In this document: positions 29,996-40,148 of the stretch, one piece after another
Layout of the letters: every line of letters begins with the position of its first letter
How positions within the stretch are numbered: position 1 is the stretch's first letter
Source: Christensenellaceae bacterium
GTDB lineage: Bacteria; Bacillota; Clostridia; Christensenellales; DTU072
Direction: 5' to 3'
Length of the DNA: 45,657 bases
NCBI GenBank assembly: GCA_031278175.1
Contig: JAITLB010000021.1
Coordinates: 1-45,657 of the forward strand
Program-made: the position numbers and the translations under genes
The notes under the pieces: generated by a model
What the model was told of the DNA's origin: nothing
Seen by the model: the letters and a program-made list of their open reading frames with translations, nothing else
The model's database searches: none

Positions 29996-30373
29996 ATTTG
30001 TCTCATTTTCTAATTCCTACATAAAAATTTTGACTAGAACGTTAATATCAAAATCCTATCTCACTATCTACCCAGGAGTGGCTCTACTCAGCATTAACAT
30101 TACACAGGTAGAGGAATTCTCGATTTTAGTGAACTGTGCGATGATTTTAGCATATTACTCAAGCTATAAAAGGATAGTTTGTGCTCTTAAAATCCTTTTC
30201 TTGTCGAAATATGGTTTATTATTACCCGCTTAGCACGCGGTATCGAAAGTTACGTCATACTCACCAATTTACAGTAAAATATTCTTTTCCTGTTTTGCAA
30301 AAGTTCAGTGATAACTTAAACCTCCAGTAAACTCTATTGTTAGTTTAAAAAACATTAGTTACGCACTATATTG

Positions 30374-30615
30374 GTGCAAACTTTGGTAATATAATTAAAC
30401 AATGTGCCCCATATTTGTATATTATTCCAGCACGAAATCAGCGCCTTTTATCCCTTTTATACTAGCAGTGCAAACTTGAGATAACTAAGAAATCCTAGCA
30501 CAGAATTCTAGCTGATATAATTTTCAAGTTTTGCTGGCTTTAGCAATCTAGTCTTTTGTAATTTCGCAGTTTGTACAAAAATTAGTGTAATGCTTTCTTA
30601 TAGCTGAGTTTGCAC
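30374..30615. promoter_or_regulatory. four copies of GTGCAAACT(T) / AGTTTG(C/T)AC in a 737-bp intergenic region
   Basis: Forward copies at 30374-30383 and 30468-30477. Reverse copies at 30568-30576 (agtttgtac) and 30607-30615 (agtttgcac). Confidence 0.3.
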
Positions 30616-30675
30616 TCCCAGACTAGATTAAACAACATTAATTGACGCAATAATTCACCTATTATCATAATTTTC

Positions 30676-30703
30676 TTGACATTAACCGCACTTTTTATAT
30701 AAT
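30676..30703 (+). promoter_or_regulatory. sigma-A promoter TTGACA-N16-TATAAT for the 30733 gene
   Basis: ttgacattaaccgcactttttatataat, about 30 nt upstream of the ATG. Confidence 0.5.
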
Positions 30704-30732
30704 TATAGCATTATATACGGAGCTGTGAGCAT

Positions 30733-31458
30733 ATGACCAAAGATCAAATTACAATGCGACTTAAAACGCTTATCGGAGAATTTTTTTCCAGTCGCATAAT
30801 CTTAGTATCAGCACCTATATCAAACCTGTTAAAATTCATTACCAACACACCAGAACTATGCTCAATAATTTATTCCGCAGCCGACATAACCTCCTACGAT
30901 AAAGAGTTTGCCCTAGCAATAAGTGAGTCTAGAAACACCTTTAAATTACCTCGCGAAGCAAATAGAATAGTAACCTTAGTTACTGGTCTCTTATACGCTT
31001 TCGACACACAACTGTACTCAATTGTCGAATTTATTTCAAAGCGATTCCCTGGCATTAATAATCATCAGTCATACTTGCAATTTTGCAATAGCGTCCTGAA
31101 TCCATATCATACAGCACTTGTCGAATTGTTAGCAGCCAAAGCTAAACCTAAAGCTCCTAGTGCGCGTGGTGACACAATTATTAGACACTTCCCCGAAAAA
31201 GCTAGAGACGAAGCACTAGCATGGATAAAGCTCCTTACATCTACAGTCACTGCTGATAATGATATTTATGATGAACGTCTAAGACAAGAATACATTTTAT
31301 TATTGCGCGCAATGGCAAGAGTACTCGATGATACTGAAACAACTTTAATACGTGCTATTTGGATCGGCATTCGGAACACATTTGCAACGTATCCTAATGG
31401 AACTCGCGCTGTTAATGAATTAGGCGATCTACTCTATAATTATGAGGTCATAAATTAA
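30733..31458 (+). CDS. hypothetical cytoplasmic protein, translationally coupled to the AEC transporter
   Basis: 241 aa with no recognisable family. Its stop TAA is directly followed by ATG 31459. Confidence 0.3.
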   Translation: MTKDQITMRLKTLIGEFFSSRIILVSAPISNLLKFITNTPELCSIIYSAADITSYDKEFALAISESRNTFKLPREANRIVTLVTGLLYAFDTQLYSIVEFISKRFPGINNHQSYLQFCNSVLNPYHTALVELLAAKAKPKAPSARGDTIIRHFPEKARDEALAWIKLLTSTVTADNDIYDERLRQEYILLLRAMARVLDDTETTLIRAIWIGIRNTFATYPNGTRAVNELGDLLYNYEVIN

Positions 31459-32406
31459 ATGTTTTTAATAGCGCTACAAAATGTAGGCTTAATGCTTTTG
31501 ATGGCTATCCCCGGTTTCATTATTGTTAAATTGAAAGCCGTTGATGGCGATAAATCAGTAAAATTTGTATCTGTATTGCTACTATACGTCTGTCAACCGT
31601 TCATTACTTTTGACGCATTCTTGAATATTTCATTTGATAGTGCTATTTTAGTAAATATGGTTTTATGCTTTGTTTTGACAGCACTCTTAATGACATTAAT
31701 TGCAACACTAACATATCCATTATTCGGTAAATTGCGACTCAATGAATGCGACCGTGGAATTTATGCCTACGCTTCAGCATTTGGAAATATTGGTTACATG
31801 TGTGTGCCATTTTTGCAAATTTTAGCTCCAGATAATCGCGAAATTATTATATATGCAGGGGCTGCTATAGTCGCATTTAATCTAGTCGCCTGGACATTAG
31901 GCAACTATTTAATAACACATGATAAGCGTCATATCAAAATTAAAAACATCTTGCTTAATCCGCCGACTCTAGCGTTTCTTATAGTTCTGCCACTGTTTTT
32001 ATTTGATATAAACTTTGTTCGTTTTCCTGTAGCAGGCATACAACAAATAATTGATTTGCTAGCTAATTTAGTAGGACCTCTAGCCATGGTTTTAGTCGGC
32101 ATGTGTTTTGCTAATGCTAATTTGCGCAAATTGTTCACTAATGCCAAAGCGTACATTGCAATAGGATTAAAACTTGTCATCTCACCATTAATAGCATTCT
32201 TGCTATTAAAACTAACAAATGTTTTCTTTGATACATCGGATATAAATTTGAATATAATTGCCTTAGCGGCAATGCCATCTGCTAATAATTTGATTATGTT
32301 CTGTTCAATATCTAAACTAGATACCGAGCATGCTACAGCATTAATATTGCTATCCACGCTTATCTCTATAGTCACGATACCTCTAGCATTAGAATTGCTA
32401 TTATAA
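31459..32406 (+). CDS. AEC (auxin efflux carrier / malate permease-like) family transporter
   Basis: 315 aa with about 10 TM helices. N-terminus MFLIALQNVGLMLLMAIPGFIIVK is typical of AEC-family transporters. Confidence 0.6.
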   Translation: MFLIALQNVGLMLLMAIPGFIIVKLKAVDGDKSVKFVSVLLLYVCQPFITFDAFLNISFDSAILVNMVLCFVLTALLMTLIATLTYPLFGKLRLNECDRGIYAYASAFGNIGYMCVPFLQILAPDNREIIIYAGAAIVAFNLVAWTLGNYLITHDKRHIKIKNILLNPPTLAFLIVLPLFLFDINFVRFPVAGIQQIIDLLANLVGPLAMVLVGMCFANANLRKLFTNAKAYIAIGLKLVISPLIAFLLLKLTNVFFDTSDINLNIIALAAMPSANNLIMFCSISKLDTEHATALILLSTLISIVTIPLALELLL

Positions 32407-33108
32407 CTAAAATCAATATTGAACGCTGTTTTAATATTAGACTAAAACGCACGCTACCCTCTTCAAATTTTGCGAATCAACATAATCCAGACCCTGCTTG
32501 TGGTCGGCATTAGTCGTATAATAATTCCAATTTTAAATGCTAGTTTTCTCGCGGTCGCAAAATGAATGCTCTTTTTAAATGTGATCTTAAAGATGATATT
32601 TGTGTCTCGCTCTTATCAAAACATTTTAAATCGTGCGCTGACAAATTGCCAACTATCTACCGTTTTAACCCAAAAACATCGATTTTAGTTGTTTTGGACG
32701 ATAATTTTTGCCACACAACCGCTTATTTAGAACCATTATCTTAAAAAACTTGCTTTAATCATATTGTTTTTTGTATAATATTAATATGAATAATGTACTG
32801 CGATGGGTTTTAGACACATCAGTTGGAGACAACCAATCTAATTGATATTTCGACTTCTCTAGGTCTCTCGGACTTTTCATAGTCATCTTTCATCGTTAAA
32901 TATCATAACTTTGTGTTTGTTCGCAATTGGGAAAATGCCACTGCTTTTTGTCAGTAAAGTTTTCTGAAAAATTGTTAGCTTTTGGTAGCAAGCGATTTTT
33001 GAAAAATTCTTTTAAACGCAAATAGATATATGATTATTTTGACGCCCTTTAACGATGTTCTACACAATAGAGCAAATACAGTATGTAAATAACCTCTATA
33101 TGCTCTTT

Positions 33109-33136
33109 CTACTAGAATGTTTATATATTCTAGTAG
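33109..33136. promoter_or_regulatory. perfect 10-bp inverted repeat CTACTAGAAT-N8-ATTCTAGTAG about 170 bp upstream of serS
   Basis: Seen directly in the sequence. No T-box hallmark (GGTGGNACCGCG) anywhere in the 900-bp leader. Confidence 0.35.
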
Positions 33137-33302
33137 CAAGCAAATATCAAGCACGTTTGCACTTTGTAAATGTATTTGATAACAGTAGCACAATTTGTAT
33201 TTTTACAAATTTTAAAACCCAATATCGCGTGAATTTCGATATTGCTTTATTGCTACCAACATATTAAGGTTATAAAGCACACAGCACAAATAGGTAATAA
33301 TT

Positions 33303-34565
33303 ATGCTAGACTTTAGATTTGTTGCGGAGAACGTTGAGTTCGTACAAGAAAAACTCGCGTTTCGCAACAATAAAATGGATTTAAGTGCTATAAAACGCTT
33401 AGCCGATGAAAGACGTACTTTGATAAGAGAAACTGAAAGCATGAAAGCCGCAAAAAATGTGGCAAGTGGTCAAATAGCGTCTCTCAAGGCTTCTGGTCAG
33501 AATGTAGCACCTCTTATTTCAGAAATGAAAGATCTCGCTGAAAAGATCAAAATCAGCGATGCAAAATTGATCGATGTCGAAAACCAATTAAAGGAATTGA
33601 TGTATGCTATTCCCAATATTATTGATGACTCCGTGCCTTTTGGCAAAGACTCTGAAGATAATCCAGAATTGCATCGCTATGGGACTCTACGCGATTTTGG
33701 TTTTAAACCGCTTGCGCATTGGGATATAGGGGAAAAACTTAAAATATTATCCCCGACTGAAGCGGCAAAAATTGCTGGCGCTAGATTTACCGTTTATCAC
33801 GGGGCTGGGGCCAGATTGGAACGAGCCGTATATAATTTTATGCTCGACACACATACAAAATCAGGATACGAGGAAATTTTCCCGCCTTATATTGTAAATA
33901 GAGATAGCTTGGTTGGGACTGGGCAGTTGCCTAAATTTGAAGATGGCCTTTTTCACTTAACTGGCACTAATTATTATTTGATCCCAACCGCAGAAGTGCC
34001 AGTAACTAATTTGCATCGCAATGAAATTCTTCCTCTGACAAATCTACCTATAAAGTATTGTGCATACAGTGCATGTTTTAGAAGCGAAGCTGGTAGCGCG
34101 GGACGAGACACGCGCGGACTCATTCGCCAACACCAGTTTAACAAGGTAGAGCTAGTCAAATTTACTACACCTGATAATAGCATGTTAGAATTAGAGACTC
34201 TTACCTCTGACGCAGAAAAAATATTGCAGGAGTTAGAACTGCCATATCGCACAGTCAAATTGTGCTCTGGCGATGTAGGTTTTTCTAGTGCTATTACTTA
34301 CGACATTGAGGTATACTTGCCTTCATACGAAAAATACGTTGAAATTAGCAGTTGTTCAAACTTTAAAGATTTTCAGGCGCGTCGTGCAAATATTAGATAT
34401 CGTGACGCAGATGGCAGTTTGAAGTTTGTCCACACTCTCAATGGAAGCGGTCTCGCAGTTGGAAGGACAGTAGCAGCGATCCTCGAGAACTATCAAAATG
34501 AAGATGGTTCTGTAACAGTACCAAAAAAGTTGGTCAAATATCTTGAGTGCGATATTATAAAATAG
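33303..34565 (+). CDS. serS: seryl-tRNA synthetase
   Basis: 420 aa. N-terminal coiled-coil arm, class II aaRS motifs ([25 protein letters not shown]) and [18 protein letters not shown]. Confidence 0.9.
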   Translation: MLDFRFVAENVEFVQEKLAFRNNKMDLSAIKRLADERRTLIRETESMKAAKNVASGQIASLKASGQNVAPLISEMKDLAEKIKISDAKLIDVENQLKELMYAIPNIIDDSVPFGKDSEDNPELHRYGTLRDFGFKPLAHWDIGEKLKILSPTEAAKIAGARFTVYHGAGARLERAVYNFMLDTHTKSGYEEIFPPYIVNRDSLVGTGQLPKFEDGLFHLTGTNYYLIPTAEVPVTNLHRNEILPLTNLPIKYCAYSACFRSEAGSAGRDTRGLIRQHQFNKVELVKFTTPDNSMLELETLTSDAEKILQELELPYRTVKLCSGDVGFSSAITYDIEVYLPSYEKYVEISSCSNFKDFQARRANIRYRDADGSLKFVHTLNGSGLAVGRTVAAILENYQNEDGSVTVPKKLVKYLECDIIK

Positions 34566-34592
34566 CTGGTACGAGTTTTTCGAGGAAAGAAT

Positions 34593-35288
34593 ATGGCTAA
34601 AAAACGCGTTATAGAGGAAAGAGTAATTGAAGAAAAAGAGGCCACTGCTTTAGGGCTTTTTCTTGGTTCGTTATTAAAACTCATATTCATATTCCTTAAA
34701 TTCTTGTTTGTCGTTCTTTATAAGATCAGCATTTTCTTTGGACTCTGGCTACCTGCATTATACGCGCTGTTTGGTGTCATTATGCATTTTGCTACAGGGT
34801 TCGATCCCTTTGCAGGTGGACTTTATGCTAACCTGTATATATCGGGATTTACGTTGTGCATGGTGTTTGCTGTAATAACAAGTGGATGGCATATCTTCTT
34901 AAAACCGTTTAGAGGTGTAAAAACTGGATTTGCAAATCCAGTATGGAAGCGCACTAAAACAAACACAGATACACCAAAAGCAACTAATTCGACTGAGTCT
35001 AACGCGCAGAGTAATTCTCCCGCCATTGAGAATCAACCCACTACCACGAATACGACCTACCCCTATCAACACACAAATAGATATGTAGATCCGAATGCGT
35101 ATGTGCCTCCTGTGTATCCACCAACGCAAAACGCATATCAAGCACAGACACAAACTCAGTCAGAAGTGCCACAAATATATTTCAGCAAGCGCGAACCGAG
35201 CCTGCTTGTACATGAATACAAAGATAGATTTGAGACATTCCGAATAATAAATGGCAAACCAATAAAAGATAAGGTTGAATACAAATGA
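34593..35288 (+). CDS. membrane protein with a Thr/Pro/Gln/Tyr-rich low-complexity region
   Basis: Two or more TM helices, then TTNTTYPYQHTNRYVDPNAYVPPVYPPTQNAYQAQTQTQ. GAGGAAAG RBS. Its stop overlaps the next start (ATGA). Confidence 0.35.
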   Translation: MAKKRVIEERVIEEKEATALGLFLGSLLKLIFIFLKFLFVVLYKISIFFGLWLPALYALFGVIMHFATGFDPFAGGLYANLYISGFTLCMVFAVITSGWHIFLKPFRGVKTGFANPVWKRTKTNTDTPKATNSTESNAQSNSPAIENQPTTTNTTYPYQHTNRYVDPNAYVPPVYPPTQNAYQAQTQTQSEVPQIYFSKREPSLLVHEYKDRFETFRIINGKPIKDKVEYK

Positions 35289-36157
35289 ATAAAAACACTC
35301 TTTCAAAAAGAAATAAATGGCAAGGGCGCGCGTGGGAGCTTGATTTGCTCCGTGGCATTTGCATACTTTTTGTGGCCCTTGATCATACGATGTATGACAT
35401 TAATGGGATTTTGAATGGCACATGGTCAGCATCAGGGATTCCTGCGCTTGTTAAGGCCGTAGATTTTGCATCTCTCTATTGGCTCTCACCAGTACGTGAC
35501 TCTTGGCGCCCTATTATCATCTACATCTTCTTCATTGTTGCTGGCATCTGTACTTCTTTTTGCCGTAGCAACTTTAAACGCGCCCTTAAATTGGCAGCAG
35601 TTGCGCTCATGCTAACTTTGATAACCTATTTAGCTAATGTTGTCACAAAAACTGATGGCTTCTTAATAGTTTTTGGTGTGCTCCATTGTTTGGCATCTTG
35701 CATGCTTATCTACTCACTAATGAATCAATTACTGAATTTTATTACTAAGAAAAATCATGTGCTTAAAGCGACCATCCTTTTTACACTAGGATTGCTTATT
35801 ACTCAACTATACAAAGTCTATTTTGTAGAACCAGTCAATGCGGGATATCTTTCAGTATCAGAAAACAACTCTTTCATTTGGGGGCTTTTCTTCTATAACC
35901 AGAAAGTTTGGTCAATGACTTCGGATTACTTCCCAATTGCTCCATATATCGGCTGGTTCTTAATTGGTGCTGCAATAGGTGTTGCCTTTTACCAAAAAAG
36001 AAAATCTTTATTGCCAGCTTTGAATAGAAAATGGCATTTCCCGCTTACCATCCCAGGTAGACACTCACTGTTCGTTTATCTAGGTGTGCGAGTAATTGAA
36101 ATGGGCATATTGGCACTAATAACTTACTTAGCAATAGGATCTTTCAACTTTTTGTGA
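35285..36157 (+). CDS. DUF1624 / heparan-alpha-glucosaminide N-acetyltransferase-like membrane acyltransferase
   Basis: WELDLLRGICILFVALDH is typical of the family N-terminus. Polytopic, 290 aa. Confidence 0.45.
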   Translation: MNKNTLSKRNKWQGRAWELDLLRGICILFVALDHTMYDINGILNGTWSASGIPALVKAVDFASLYWLSPVRDSWRPIIIYIFFIVAGICTSFCRSNFKRALKLAAVALMLTLITYLANVVTKTDGFLIVFGVLHCLASCMLIYSLMNQLLNFITKKNHVLKATILFTLGLLITQLYKVYFVEPVNAGYLSVSENNSFIWGLFFYNQKVWSMTSDYFPIAPYIGWFLIGAAIGVAFYQKRKSLLPALNRKWHFPLTIPGRHSLFVYLGVRVIEMGILALITYLAIGSFNFL

Positions 36158-36384
36158 CAGAGATCAATCATTCGCGTATCATAACTAAAATAATTTTGAC
36201 ATTTTTCACATTTTACTCTAAGTCTTGGAATATTTTATTATCCAGGACTTAGAGATTGTCAACGTGCTAAAAATCAGCAATCTCATTACCACATCGTTGC
36301 TTTAAAACCACACTTGCAAATAAATTTTCCACTATTTATTTATGCTATCAACTCGATCGAAATAGAATATTTATCTCAAAAAGC

Positions 36385-36738
36385 TCATTTTCTGGCAGAG
36401 TTCCTATGCTTATCGTAATCAGATTTCATTTCGCGATATAATTGTGCCGTTTTGAATACAAGCCTTTCTTTCTCGGTTGGACTCATTTTTGCAAGTGCAT
36501 CCATATCTAATAAGTTTCCCACTGCACAACATACCAATCCATCTTCTAAAAATGAAGAAATTTTGCAATAATATTCGTATGTTTCTTCGATGGACAGATA
36601 CTTGCCACCTAATGCAAACTTTTTCCCCATCAATCCCGATTCTCTAAGTTGTTCTGACACAGCATAATTATTCATGCGCATGCGCCTTTTAGCCTCGCGA
36701 GCCAATTCCTTGTATGTGCTAATTGTATTGCTTTTCAC
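36385..36738 (-). CDS. hypothetical protein
   Basis: 117 aa, charged, no family recognised. Confidence 0.25.
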   Translation of the reverse strand: MKSNTISTYKELAREAKRRMRMNNYAVSEQLRESGLMGKKFALGGKYLSIEETYEYYCKISSFLEDGLVCCAVGNLLDMDALAKMSPTEKERLVFKTAQLYREMKSDYDKHRNSARK

Positions 36739-37255
36739 TGAAGTTTCCCCTATGTCGTAGATTTTATTAAGTTATTAAAGTTATTATCTCGCTTATATTT
36801 TATCACAACAATATCAGCATTTAACCAGCTCGGGTAAAAAAGACAATTTCACCAAATATTCGAGCTATTTCGACAAAGACTGCGCATGCTCGTGTTTTGT
36901 CGCGTGCATCGCAATTAAAGTTACAGATGTTGATTATAATCAAAATTTTCACAGTATTTAAAAAACTACCCGCATTTTGTTGAGATTGAGAAATGCTCTC
37001 AGACATGGTTAAACACACCAACACGGCATTGGTTTCAATTGTCAAGCTTTTTATTAAGACTTATTCAGACGCGCCACTTGTAGCGCTTCTAGCGTGCAAA
37101 TACAGCATTTATTCGAGAATTTAAGACACAAAGCAATTTCTACACTTGCCTGTAAAACTGGGATTTTGTTAGTAATATAAAGTGGCTGAGAATTAGGATG
37201 TTAATTCGCGTTTATGTGCTTAAATTTAAACTATTTTTTTGTCGCATTTTAGATG

Positions 37256-37537
37256 TCAACATTTTTGTATGTCGCAACCTGCAACATTAGAGACACATGG
37301 TAAATCTACTAAGATTACATCATCACCTATCTTTATAACGCATACCCATGGAATATATATACTATCACCAGACGTTAGCGATTTTAAGAACTTTTTCTCT
37401 CCTGGGACTACAATTCCCGCTACTCTACCACCACCATGAAGTCCGAGGTCAACAATCCGCCCAAGTTGCTTACCATCAGCTATATTGATAACCTCCTTGT
37501 CTCGCAATTCACAAAACGTATAATCTATTCCGTTCAT
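37256..37537 (-). CDS. ylmC: YlmC/YmxH-family sporulation protein (PRC-barrel)
   Basis: FCELRDKEVINIADGKQLGRIVDLGLH..DSIYIPWVCVIKIGDDVILVD matches the family closely. 93 aa. Confidence 0.7.
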   Translation of the reverse strand: MNGIDYTFCELRDKEVINIADGKQLGRIVDLGLHGGGRVAGIVVPGEKKFLKSLTSGDSIYIPWVCVIKIGDDVILVDLPCVSNVAGCDIQKC

Positions 37538-38108
37538 AACTCTCCTTTAAACACATATTATATGCTAGCAATCCTGTTATTAGACGGAAAACACAAAAGC
37601 AATGTTTGATTGCTGTTAGACAATAGATCAACTGTTATCGGTGCTATAAGGGCAGAAAATCAGCAAATGTTATTCTCTAAATAATGTAGGCGCAACCCAA
37701 TAATCAAGGGCTTGTTTGCAAATGTTTAAAATCACTTAATCGTCTGCTACTGTATGATACTCTCATACACTGCACCAACGCTCTTGCGACTTTATTAACT
37801 GCTAGCATGTTTACTGCATATAGACCGTCACCTCAAAAACTAGTATCCTCGCATTCATTTTAAAACTATATACTGCAAAATGCTATTTATGACCACTATA
37901 CTAAAACTTTCGATCTAATTTAATGAGAAATTTTTTATTGCTAAACATCTAATCGTGAAATTTTAAATCTCATTCAAGTCATCGGAAAATATTTCACTTA
38001 CGGCAAATAGAAAAGCAACTTAAGAGGTCGGAAATCTATAGAGTTTAACTCATAAAATGCCGACCAACTTTAAGTTGCTTTTTAATTATAATTGCTATGT
38101 GCAGGTTT

Positions 38109-39668
38109 TTATTCTACATCTTCTGCAACATTTTTTTCTACTTTTACTCGTCTATCCTTGTCAACACTATTGTGTGGCACAAGGAATAATAGTAATAGTC
38201 CCACTACAAAAAATAGTGTTAAGAATGCTACACCTATTTGCGGAACGTCTAACCTACGCCCAAAAATGTCTATAGCAACATCTTTTCCGCTATCACGCGC
38301 TAATGCCAATGGTGTTGTTATTCCCGCATAAATGAAACTACCTAAAAAGTTTGAGCACTTGTTAAATATATCATAAAGTCCAAAGAATTCGGATTGCTTT
38401 TCAAGCGGTGCCAATTTAGAGAAGTAACTTCTAGAAAGTGCCTGTATCCCACCAAGGAATATGCCCACACCAAATGCAAGAATAAAGAAATCAAATATGT
38501 TATGCATGAATACACCATATGATACAAACAATAGATAACCTAAAACACAAACCATTATTAGTGGTCTTTCGCCGATTTTATTAGACATCTTACCAAAAAC
38601 AATACTCATTGAGGCTGCTACGATTTGAGTCATAATTAGCGCTGCAATCAAAAATATATTTAGTGTGGAACCTGAAATTTCAGGTGCCGTAATCGTCAAA
38701 ACCTCTTTTGCGTATGTAGCAGATAATGCGATAATTGTATTGACACCATTAACATAAAAGAAGAACGCAAGTAGAAATAAAAACGGTGCTTTATATTTTT
38801 TTAGCTCTCTAAAGGTTTTTCCTATCTTTGCAAATGCATCTTTAATTTGATGCTCGACAGGATCGACACCTGTTGTTTGCTTATATGTCTTTAAAAGTGG
38901 GCGCGTCCAAATTAACCACCACGTGCCAGATAAGACAATACATCCCGACATAGCTAGCCTTAATAAGTTGTATCCCATTTGCTCATCTACACCATAATCA
39001 GTAACAGATGCGGCTGGATCCATAAAGAAATAATACACTAAAAGACATACCACAAATGGGACAAGACTCCCAACATATCCAATAGCATATCCAGCCGAAG
39101 ATACTCGATCGCTTCTCTTTGGGGTTGTGACATCGGCTAACATCGAATCATAAAATAGCAGACTGCCACCTATGCCGATTAGGATCAAGATCATGAAAAA
39201 TGCAAATATAGCAAAGAACCCAACATCGCTTCCACTAAATCCTGCAATATTAGCGATCACAGAACCATAGCAACCACAAAGACCCACAATTACAAAAAAC
39301 CTAAACAGCGATTTTTTCCTTCCTCGATTATCTGCAATAGCACCAAGAACTGGACCTAAAAGTGCAACTATTAAACCTGTTCCCGCATTAAATATTGACA
39401 TTGAAGTAGTAGGATTATCACCAAAAAAGGGTACTCCATGGGCCAAATCCCCTATCGAAACGCCAATTAAAACGAAAAACATAAAGATTGCGGAATTGCC
39501 TGCATCATATAATGTCCAGTTCCGCTCTTTGACAGTTAATTGAAAACCGTCTTTGTTGAAATGTTTATTATAGAAACCCATTATACCTTTTGTCGCTAAT
39601 GGTTTAGCGGGCAAGTCATTGGGATCTAAGGTCTCATTTTTTACTTCCGTGGGAGTATTTTCGACCAT
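38109..39668 (-). CDS. MFS transporter (UMF1/Atg22-like)
   Basis: 519 aa, 12 predicted TM helices, cytoplasmic N-terminal extension. Confidence 0.55.
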   Translation of the reverse strand: MVENTPTEVKNETLDPNDLPAKPLATKGIMGFYNKHFNKDGFQLTVKERNWTLYDAGNSAIFMFFVLIGVSIGDLAHGVPFFGDNPTTSMSIFNAGTGLIVALLGPVLGAIADNRGRKKSLFRFFVIVGLCGCYGSVIANIAGFSGSDVGFFAIFAFFMILILIGIGGSLLFYDSMLADVTTPKRSDRVSSAGYAIGYVGSLVPFVVCLLVYYFFMDPAASVTDYGVDEQMGYNLLRLAMSGCIVLSGTWWLIWTRPLLKTYKQTTGVDPVEHQIKDAFAKIGKTFRELKKYKAPFLFLLAFFFYVNGVNTIIALSATYAKEVLTITAPEISGSTLNIFLIAALIMTQIVAASMSIVFGKMSNKIGERPLIMVCVLGYLLFVSYGVFMHNIFDFFILAFGVGIFLGGIQALSRSYFSKLAPLEKQSEFFGLYDIFNKCSNFLGSFIYAGITTPLALARDSGKDVAIDIFGRRLDVPQIGVAFLTLFFVVGLLLLFLVPHNSVDKDRRVKVEKNVAEDVE

Positions 39669-40148
39669 AAGTATGCCTCCAGATTAGGGTACTATAAGTT
39701 TATCATAAATGTTGCAAAATGCAAACATTTTTTTTGAGAATAAAAAATTCTTTAAAAATCCTACTTTTTCTTTTATTTATCATATATTTTTGGTTATTTG
39801 TTATAGTTTTGACACATGTAAAAGTACGTGCTTTACAAAATTATTTTAAAAATAAATCAAAACTTTACATTTCATGTTGCAGATTTGCCCTATATGTTCG
39901 TGCTCTTTGCATAAAATTGTTGTGGTCCACTTCACGTACATACACCCCGCTTGCGTAGGAAGCGCAACGGCACTAGACATAGTATTGTAATTTTTAACAA
40001 GTCCTTTCCTTTCTAATGGATACACTATATCTATTGTTTCATACAAATTTAGACTTTCTAAATAAATAATCGCTGCAGTTCCAGGTCTTTTTTTTTATCT
40101 TGACGTAAAACCTCTTTTAGAACAAGTTCTTCTTTTCAAGATAGCATA

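Noticed and set aside
32407-33302. T-box riboswitch upstream of serS
   Set aside because: No GGTGG(N)ACCGCG core or specifier-loop architecture was found by eye. A covariance-model scan would be decisive.
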